A DNA stretch of 60,633 nucleotides, counting the filler, from Nemertoderma westbladi (lineage: Eukaryota > Animalia > Xenacoelomorpha), in the NCBI GenBank assembly GCA_032718475.1. It is 3 parts of 3 records of this genome, joined end to end, with 100 filler letters (N's around TTAATTAATTAA, not from the genome) between each part and the next. Parts side by side here need not be neighbours in the genome. Positions count along the whole stretch, not along the records: positions 49,035 to 60,633 come from JAUCBJ010000427.1; 2 more parts are not named here. One strand, 5' to 3'. The position numbers and the translations under genes are program-made. Shown piece by piece: positions 51,546-60,633 of the stretch (its first letter is position 1; each line of letters opens with the position of its first letter). The notes beneath the pieces were generated by a model that was not told the DNA's origin, ran no database searches, and saw only the letters and a list, made by a program, of their open reading frames with translations.

Positions 51546-53255
51546 CTGTAGTCGAGAAATAAAACAATTTTGGTATATTTACCTTTAATGATTTTGATGG
51601 TTTATTTACTTTATATTATGCGTATACTGATCGTTCCTATTAACACGTGATCATTAATTTATTACGTACGTACGATATGCTCCACTTGTGCCCCCCCATC
51701 CTTCATACTTTATTGTAGGCCTACTGTACCTACATTTTGCTATTATACTTACATTTCTAATGATTTATATTTTATATTACATTATATTATAATGTATTAT
51801 ATTAATGAATGATAATATGTAAATAAATTACATATAAATTAAATAAAATATGAAATAATATAGGAACGAGGGTCAAAATTGCAGTACACTCCGACATTAT
51901 ATTTTTTGTAATATATATAACATAATAGTATACAGGGCTTTAACAAACAAACCTAATATATAATTTTGCTTTTTTATCCTACTGTAAAGTTATTTGCCCT
52001 ACAAAGTGGCACTGCATAATTGTTTTAATTTATTGGGCACTGGAGAGGTAACAAACCGGTTTGTACAAATTACACGTTGTTGGGCCTTCGCGCAGCACGA
52101 GAGTCTCCCTTTGAAAAAGGTAAAAATATATCCAGACCGAAACTGAAAAATATGGACAACAATTTATTGTATTATATGCATGCACCTAAGTAAAATAATG
52201 GATGATTTTTGTAAAAACCTTTAAAAAATGTCCTTCACTTCAAAATTGATTAAGCCTTGACGGTAATATATTTAGCGCCACCTAGCGCCAGACCATGAAA
52301 TTGCGGGACCTTGGAAACCGTCTCATTGAATTAACAACATTTCCTAGGTCATTCTGTGAAACTTTCATCAAAATCTATGCAGAACCAACCATCGGATTAT
52401 TATCAAATTCGGTAGGGGTTAACAGGTTCACTAATTGTGGACATGGTCTACTAAGACCTGGTCCATTAATTACATAGTCCACTGCGCAACGGCTCATCTA
52501 AACTTCGTGATGCGCGAATTATGTTCTCGTAATTAATTGTTTAATTAATTAGTTTTATCACAGACGTAGACATCCTACAGTAGGCCTAGTTTATAAAATA
52601 TATTTCTTATGTAGCGATGTTTGATATTTCTTATTTCTTATATTTAAAAAGTATTTATTCTTAAAAATTAATGTGTAGTATTGTAATTTCTGCCATCATT
52701 TTAATTCTATATTATTATAATAATACATCACTATAAATGGTCCGTTTTATTTTCGTTTGTGAGGGGAATAAGTGATATAATCCTGATTTTTGCACAATTT
52801 TCCTGTTTTGTAATAGCTAGTAAGTTTGTAGTTAAATTATGTAAATTTCTAGTTGAGTGTCGCAAATAGATATTGGTAAAGGATTGATAAACTGAGTGTG
52901 TTGAGATTGTTTGCGTATCACTAAACTTCTGATACAAAGAACAACTTATTTGCTTTTATAACAATGTTTGCCTCAAGATAATATTTAGATTTAATTAATA
53001 ATACTGTAGGGCCTACATTAATAGCCAATAACTTAATCATCGATTTAATTAATGTGTTAATAAATACAGTACCTTGGGAGAAAGACAAGTATCGGTTTAT
53101 ACAAATTTCGACATTACCGGTTTTATATTAGGCCTTTACTGTAGTTTCTATCAACATAATACTATATTTTCTGCTCAGACTTATGTCTATAATAATGGTA
53201 ACAGCGTATTTATTTATGTAAATTAAAATAAAGTAGTAATTCGAGATCTTCAATT

Positions 53256-54081
53256 ATGGATCTGTTATACTTCGGCTACGCCTTTGTGACTCTTGTAATT
53301 GTTTTAATTGCCACGGTATTTATATTTAGTGCGCTAAACTTGTTACAGTTGCCATGGAAAATATCAGAATGGCTAGGGATTGGCCAGCACGACACTCTTG
53401 GGTTAATACCTGGTGTGAAACCGACGGACGCAGTACTAGGTAACCTAGGAGACGTTGTTAAAGCCGGGAGTATCCATGACTACCTCACTGAACTGCACAA
53501 CAAGTACGGAGAGATAGCGAGATTCTGGTGGTGTAAAGAACAAGTGGTAAGCATAGCATCTCCTAAACTAGTCCTGCTAAAACAACAAGTTCGAATGTTT
53601 CAACGGCCTGAACACATGTACCTGACTTTTCAACCATTATTTGGTGGCGATAGTATCACATACGTGAACGGAGAGGCTTGGAAGCACAGACGTGCGGTAT
53701 ACGATCGCTCTTACAGCCACCAAGCTATTAAACACTACTACGAAACATTCGAAGGTCTGGGAACCGAATTAGTTTATGAAATAGAAAAGTGTCCTCCCGA
53801 ACAAAACATTCTTATTAAGCCGATTCTAGAAACTTATTCGATCAAGGCGATTTTATTTACATCCTTTGGACCTGTTATGAAGAATCCTGAAAAGTTTTCC
53901 CAGTTCAGTGAGAATTATGATAAGTGTTGGGAGATTATGGAAGATATGGTTCCTGTGGAACCTGAGTCTGATAGAGAGATAGTTCTCAATCAGTCCAGGA
54001 ATGTGCTGAAGGATCTTATAGGCGAGTGTTTGGATGAAAGACAGAGGAATCCCCCACCAGGCGGGGAGTTTCTGTTTATAG
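53256..54081 (+). CDS. CYP20: Cytochrome P450 CYP20-like, exon 1
   Basis: N-terminal TM anchor then IPGVKPTD..GNLGDVVKAGSIHDYLTELHNKYGEIARFWW, typical of CYP20; WKHRR C-helix; donor G|GTAAG at 54081/54082. Confidence 0.85.
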
Positions 54082-54422
54082 GTAAGAGCGATTTGGTGAC
54101 ATTTCATCGCCAAATAGAAACAATTAAGCAATTCGAGAGGTACGTTAAGTTAAGTTATGTAGCTTTTTTTTTCACCTTTCAAGTATTCTTAAGTGCGTTG
54201 GAGTTTTAATGTGTTTATTGAAATCATAAAAAAAAAACAATTTAAGCATGTAACGCTATTTTAGGAGAATTTTTTGTCGCTGTTTTCTGAACCGATCAGA
54301 TGCCCAAATGAATGTCCTAGTAAATAAACTTTTCATTTTTCATCGCGTCAGTTTTCAATTTATTTACATCGTTCAGCGACGTAGTAAGTTCCAATGACTT
54401 ATTATATTGTTTCTATTTACAG

Positions 54423-54652
54423 ACGCGCTATTAGAGGAATTTATCGATAATCGCGATATTATGATGGACGACGGGATCACCTACATAGTTGCCGGTTACC
54501 ACACCGAGATGACCACGTTGCTATGGTTGCTATATTACGTTGCCAGGGACGCTGTGGTGCAGGACCGACTGCGGAGCGAGTTGGTACAGGTTCTAGGGCG
54601 CGATGGAGATGTTGACCATGAGACACAACCGCGTCTAGTGTATACAAATCAG
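54423..54652 (+). CDS. CYP20: Cytochrome P450 CYP20-like, exon 2 (I and J helices)
   Basis: TTTACAG acceptor, phase-compatible with exon 1; TYIVAGYHTE..WLLYYVA..VQDRLRSEL; donor CAG|GTAATA. The ExxR and heme-Cys exons are not seen in the window. Confidence 0.85.
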
Positions 54653-55039
54653 GTAATACAAACGGAAAATTTTCACTCCACTACTACTGTACAGTTTAGC
54701 ACCAAGCTCGGGCCACTATACCACTGGACTAATGAGTAATGTTAGAATATAAGACGGCAAAGTACAGTAGGAGGGTTGGTAACAGTGTCTGTAGGTGATT
54801 GGTATTGAACGTAGTGACCTCTTAGGACGTAAATTGCAATACTGTACAAGGTATCAAGTAGTATTTCCAGGTCTATCGTTTATTTGAACCGCTAGTGGAA
54901 TACGTAGAGCGTCAGACGTCCTACCTGGAGGTCACCAGTCTGATCCCACCTATGTGCTTCAATGCTTCAATTCATCTTCTCTCACAAAGTATTTATACTC
55001 TGTGAGAGAACTTTTAGTATTTATACAGTAGTAGTAGTT

Positions 55040-55300
55040 AGGAGCCCGCTTGACAGCGGGATACTTACTGTAATAATAAGAATCTCAGGGATACTTTCTG
55101 TAAAAATCTCAGGATATATAACACTGACTGACTGACTGACTGATAATTATCCAGGTTCAGGCACTTCCTGCCTGGCGATTTTGATGAAATTTTGCAAGTA
55201 CATTGCTTTGGTGGTTCATAATCGCGTTACCAAATTTCAGATCGATTATATGTGTGGTATTCGATATATTTAGTTTTTTGACATTATTTTGTCGCGAAAT
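55040..55300 (+). mobile_element. Helentron/HINE-like non-autonomous fragment
   Basis: Hairpin CCCGCT-TGAC-AGCGGG, then a (GACT)n microsatellite and a GATTTTGATGAAATTTTG core, the layout of DINE-1/HINE-type elements. Confidence 0.45.
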
Positions 55301-56325
55301 TAAAAACAATGGTAAAATAACAGCTGGTGTTCATGATGAAATATGGCTTAATATGTTATACACAGACATAGTAAAACGTGTTGGTTGCCAAGTTTTACTA
55401 GTAGGCTATAAGGAAGGGCAATGTTTACTCACACATAAGCTGTTGGTTTCTAATGTATTACGCCACAAGCTGATTGCTCTCCCAGGTGCTTCCTAAGGGT
55501 ATATCTACAATAAGGTTACTCACTCTGCTATGTTAAGGGGTGGATCAGGATAATTAATTTTAGTTACACAAAGCAGTGTGTTGTGTCCTATTGCAGTTGT
55601 TACTCACTGTGGTTTGCCTATGTTTTATAGTTGATCTACACTATAATACAGTACTGTAGTTGCATGTATTTAAGGAGCCCGCTCTGGCCTACTGCCTAAC
55701 TTAGCAGGAATACCTTATATTACATATTCACATAGAATTCACTGGGAAGAGATATTCCACTTGACGACGGGATATACCTATAGAAGGAAACTAAATTTGT
55801 TATTTGGCTCTATTCGTTGTTATTTATCTGGTTATGCATCATGGGAATTTTTTATAAATATTTGGTAATCGTATCTTATATCTTGTAAACGTGCTTGATC
55901 ATGAAATTATTTGCTTCATATTATATTTTTGTTAGTGGTAGCTAAATTGCATTTTTTATTATGTGGGGCGAGCCACAAAGTCAGCTAGCCTCACGCCTTG
56001 CAGTTTAGACAATTTTAGTTTACATACTGCTGACTGACATAGTTATTTTTCCCCCGGGCTCCTTCCAGCCAGCTTGCTGGCTTTCTAGTATTTAGTAGTA
56101 TAATAATAGTACAGTAGTAGTATTTATACTCTGTGGTATATAGTAACTAGTATTATTTAATTAGACATTTTGGTACAAAATTATTAACTCGAATTTGCGA
56201 TAACTTTGTTACGTTAAACTTATAATTCAAAAGTGATTATATTTTTGTTCTTTTTGTAATCCGCATTTCCTCGAAGTAGTAAAAGCATTTTTTCCTCGGC
56301 CTCTAAAAGCCGAGGCTTATTGTAT

Positions 56326-59300
56326 GTACTATTGGTACTATTGGTACTATTGGTACTATTGGTACTATTGGTACTATTGGTACTATTGGTACTATTGGTA
56401 CTATTGGTACTATTGGTACTATTGGTACTATTGGTACTATTGGTACTATTGGTACTATTGGTACTATTGGTACTATTGGTACTATTGGTACTATTGGTAC
56501 TATTGGTACTATTGGTACTATTGGTACTATTGGTACTATTGGTACTATTGGTACTATTGGTACTATTGGTACTATTGGTACTATTGGTACTGTTGGTACT
56601 ATTGGTACTATTGGTACTATTGGTACTATTGGTACTATTGGTACTATTGGTACTATTGTACTATTGGTACTATTGGTACTATTGGTACTATTGGTACTAT
56701 TGGTACTATTGGTACTATTGGTACTATTGGTACTATTGGTACTATTGGTACTATTGGTACTATTGGTACTATTGGTACTATTGGTACTATTGGTACTATT
56801 GGTACTATTGGTACTATTGGTACTATTGGTACTATTGGTACTATTGGTACTATTGGTACTATTGGTACTATTGGTACTGTTGGTACTATTGGTACTATTG
56901 GTACTATTGGTACTATTGGTACTATTGGTACTATTGTACTATTGGTACTATTGGTACTATTGTACTATTGGTACTATTGGTACTATTGGTACTATTGGTA
57001 CTATTGGTACTATTGGTACTATTGGTACTATTGGTACTATTGGTACTATTGGTACTATTGGTACTATTGGTACTATTGGTACTATTGGTACTATTGGTAC
57101 TATTGGTACTATTGGTACTGTTGGTACTATTGGTACTATTGGTACTATTGGTACTATTGGTACTATTGGTACTATTGGTACTATTGGTACTATTGGTACT
57201 ATTGGTACTATTGGTACTATTGGTACTATTGGTACTATTGTACTATTGGTACTATTGGTACTATTGGTACTGTTGGTACTATTGGTACTATTGTACTATT
57301 GGTACTATTGGTACTATTGGTACTGTTGGTACTATTGGTACTATTGGTACTATTGGTACTATTGGTACTATTGGTACTATTGGTACTATTGGTACTATTG
57401 GTACTATTGGTACTATTGGTACTATTGGTACTATTGGTACTATTGGTACTATTGGTACTATTGGTACTATTGGTACTATTGGTACTATTGGTACTATTGG
57501 TACTATTGGTACTATTGGTACTATTGGTACTATTGGTACTATTGGTACTATTGGTACTATTGGTACTATTGGTACTATTGGTACTATTGGTACTATTGGT
57601 ACTATTGGTACTATTGGTACTATTGGTACTATTGGTACTATTGGTACTATTGGTACTATTGGTACTATTGGTACTATTGGTACTATTGGTACTATTGGTA
57701 CTATTGGTACTATTGGTACTATTGGTACTATTGGTACTATTGGTACTATTGGTACTATTGGTACTATTGGTACTATTGGTACTATTGGTAATATTGGTAC
57801 TATTGGTACTATTGGTACTATTGGTAATATTGGTACTATTGGTACTATTGGTACTATTGGTACTATTGGTACTATTGGTAATATTGGTACTATTGGTACT
57901 ATTGGTACTATTGGTAATATTGGTACTATTGGTACTATTGGTACTATTGGTACTATTGGTACTATTGGTACTATTGGTACTGTTGGTACTATTGGTACTA
58001 TTGGTACTATTGGTACTATTGGTACTATTGGTACTATTGTACTATTGGTACTATTGGTACTATTGGTACTATCGGTACTATCGGTACTATTGGTACTATT
58101 GGTACTATTGGTACTATCGGTACTATTGGTACTATTGGTACTATTGGTACTATTGGTACTATTGGTACTATTGGTACTATTGGTACTATTGGTACTATTG
58201 GTACTATTGGTACTATTGGTACTGTTGGTACTATTGTACTATTGGTACTATTGGTACTATTGGTACTATTGGTACTATTGTACTATTGGTACTATTGGTA
58301 CTATTGTACTATTGGTACTATTGGTACTATTGGTACTATTGTACTATTGGGACTATTGGTACTATTGGTACTATTGGTACTATTGGTACTATTGGTACTA
58401 TTGGTACTATTGGTACTATTGGTACTATTGGTACTATTGGTACTATTGGTACTATTGGTACTATTGGTACTATTGGTACTATTGGTACTATTGGTACTAT
58501 TGGTACTATTGGTACTATTGGTACTATTGGTACTATTGGTACTATTGGTACTATTGGTACTATTGGTACTATTGTACTATTGGTACTATTGGTACTATTG
58601 TACTATTGGTACTATTGGTACTATTGGTACTATTGGTACTATTGGTACTATTGGTACTATTGGTACTATTGGTACTATTGGTACAATTGGTACTATTGGT
58701 ACTATTGGTACTATTGGTACTATTGGTACTATTGGTACTATTGGTACTGTTGGTACTATTGGTACTATTGGTACTATTGGTACTGTTGGTACTATTGGTA
58801 CTATTGGTACTATTGGTACTATTGGTACTATTGGTACTATTGGTACTATTGGTACTATTGGTACTATTGGTACTATTGGTACTATTGGTACTATTGGTAC
58901 TGTTGGTACTATTGGTACTATTGGTACTATTGGTACTATTGGTACTGTTGGTACTATTGGTACTATTGGTACTGTTGGTACTATTGGTACTATTGGTACT
59001 ATTGGTACTATTGGTACTATTGGTACTATTGGTACTATTGGTACTATTGGTACTATTGGTACTATTGGTACTATTGGTACTGTTGGTACTATTGGTACTA
59101 TTGGTACTATTGGTACTATTGGTACTATTGGTACTATTGGTACTATTGGTACTATTGGTACTATTGGTACTATTGGTACTATTGGTACTATTGGTACTAT
59201 TGGTACTATTGGTACTATTGGTACTGTTGGTACTATTGGTACTATTGGTACTATTGGTACTATTGGTACTATTGGTACTATTGGTACTATTGGTACTATT

Positions 59301-59695
59301 GGTACTATTGGTACTATTGGTACTATTGGTACTATTGGTACTATTGGTACTATTGGTACTATTGGTACTATTGGTACTATTGGTACTATTGGTACTATTG
59401 GTACTATTGGTACTATTGGTACTATTGGTACTATTGGTACTATTGGTACTATTGGTACTATTGGTACTGTTGGTACTATTGGTACTATTGGTACTATTGG
59501 TACTATTGGTACTATTGGTACTATTGGTACTATTGGTACTATTGGTACTATTGGTACTATTGGTACTATTGGTACTATTGGTACTATTGGTACTATTGGT
59601 ACTATTGGTACTATTGGTACTATTGGTACTGTTGGTACTATTGGTACTATTGGTACTATTGGTACTATTGTACTATTGGTACTATTGGTACTATT
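56326..59695. repeat. 9-bp satellite (GGTACTATT)n, ~374 copies
   Basis: Direct periodicity; ORFs are VLL/YYW/GTI tri-peptide repeats. Confidence 0.98.
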
Positions 59696-59809
59696 ACTTG
59701 AAAATGCAGATTAAAAAGTCGGACAAAAAATTTTACATTTTTTTATAAAATACTCGACAGCTTTAAATCTGAGAAAGTTATTGCTAGAGTTATAGCTAGT
59801 GTCAAGCTT

Positions 59810-60085
59810 TGGGGAACCAATGAGACACCTCCAATGTTATATAGTGTCTCGTTGGAGATGTGTGCATTGTACTTGACACAATGAACCCGGCGTAGCATTC
59901 TTGTGAATGTTCCATCCAGAGATTTGGTGTCCTCAGCAGTTAGAGCCCAGCATGGACTTCCATAGAGGAGTACTGGAACTACTGCTGCTCTGAATAATCG
60001 GACCTTAAGTTTACGATGTGTTCAGTATGACTTCCAAATCCAGGAAAGCCCATTCAAAGCTGCCCATCCCTTTCCCTTAAGTGTT
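59810..60085 (-). mobile_element. RTE/RTE-X LINE fragment (post-RT region)
   Basis: Minus strand KGKGWAALNGLSWIWKS..LKVRLFRAAVVPVLLYGSPCWALT..LDGTFTRMLR. Confidence 0.75.
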
Positions 60086-60633
60086 CGTAGGTCCTCGCCT
60101 GGGATTTAGGGGACCATTAGCACGTCAAAATCGTAACGACGATGACAACGACAACTATTTGAAAATATTGACCCACCCCCCTAACTGAGGAGTTCCTAAA
60201 GGCTCCGGCCATTTCGTGGCTCGCCCCACAATAACAGAATTAACTCTCATGACATCGATTTACTAAATGATCTTCAGCACAGCTTATTAGATTAGCTTAG
60301 CCAGATTATCAATTCCTTATTACTTCCCTTCCATGTCACTCAACAACTCATCACATTTCAATTTTCAATGTTAACATTGACTAATTGACTTACATCTACC
60401 TCTGCTACAAGGAAGTCCCAACAGTAAATTAAATAGAGGTAATTTCCCGCCCAGGAAATTATATTACTTAATTTACGCCTGGCTCTAAAGTAGTCTTGTC
60501 CTATGTCTCTGTGAAGCAAGTCGTCCTTTATTACAGGCCATGCACTGCACAACACAACATTCTCACATAGTTTTGTGGGTTTCAGATAGGGGAGGAGGGG
60601 ACTTACGTTACGACGCAATAAAATTCATCCCTC

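Noticed and set aside
54082-54209. C-terminal extension of the 317-aa CYP ORF
   Set aside because: Read-through into an intron; the GT donor at 54082 joins in phase to the exon at 54423.
56320-59748. 1142- and 1125-aa ORFs (VLL/YYW/GTI repeats)
   Set aside because: Translation artefacts of the 9-bp satellite.

Overview
Eukaryotic (invertebrate metazoan-like), repeat-rich genomic DNA in three contigs joined by two artificial 100-bp N spacers (26500-26599, 48935-49034). Contig 1 holds a 21-bp minisatellite, the last exon of a fibrinogen-domain (FReD) gene, and a complete but decayed 14-kb BEL/Pao LTR retrotransposon (3946-17996, TG..CA, 5-bp TSD AATAA). It ends in a 70-bp satellite split by a second, internally deleted LTR element. 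Contig 2 holds a 3.3-kb foldback palindrome, an intronless LEO1, three WDR7 exons, a MITE, LINE fragments, minisatellites and an antisense intronless ORF resembling an AID/APOBEC-like deaminase without its zinc ligands. Contig 3 holds an ankyrin (TRPN/NompC-like) exon, two CYP20-like exons and a 3.4-kb 9-bp satellite. The most notable object is the BEL/Pao element. It has no tRNA primer-binding site; instead the 10 nt after the 5' LTR are the exact reverse complement of a 10-mer inside the LTR, suggesting Tf1-like self-priming. It also carries a ~4.5-kb cargo after pol: a hairpin array and a third ORF fusing a DEDDy-type 3'-5' exonuclease domain to three CCHC zinc knuckles. All family assignments come from reading motifs by eye; no searches were run.
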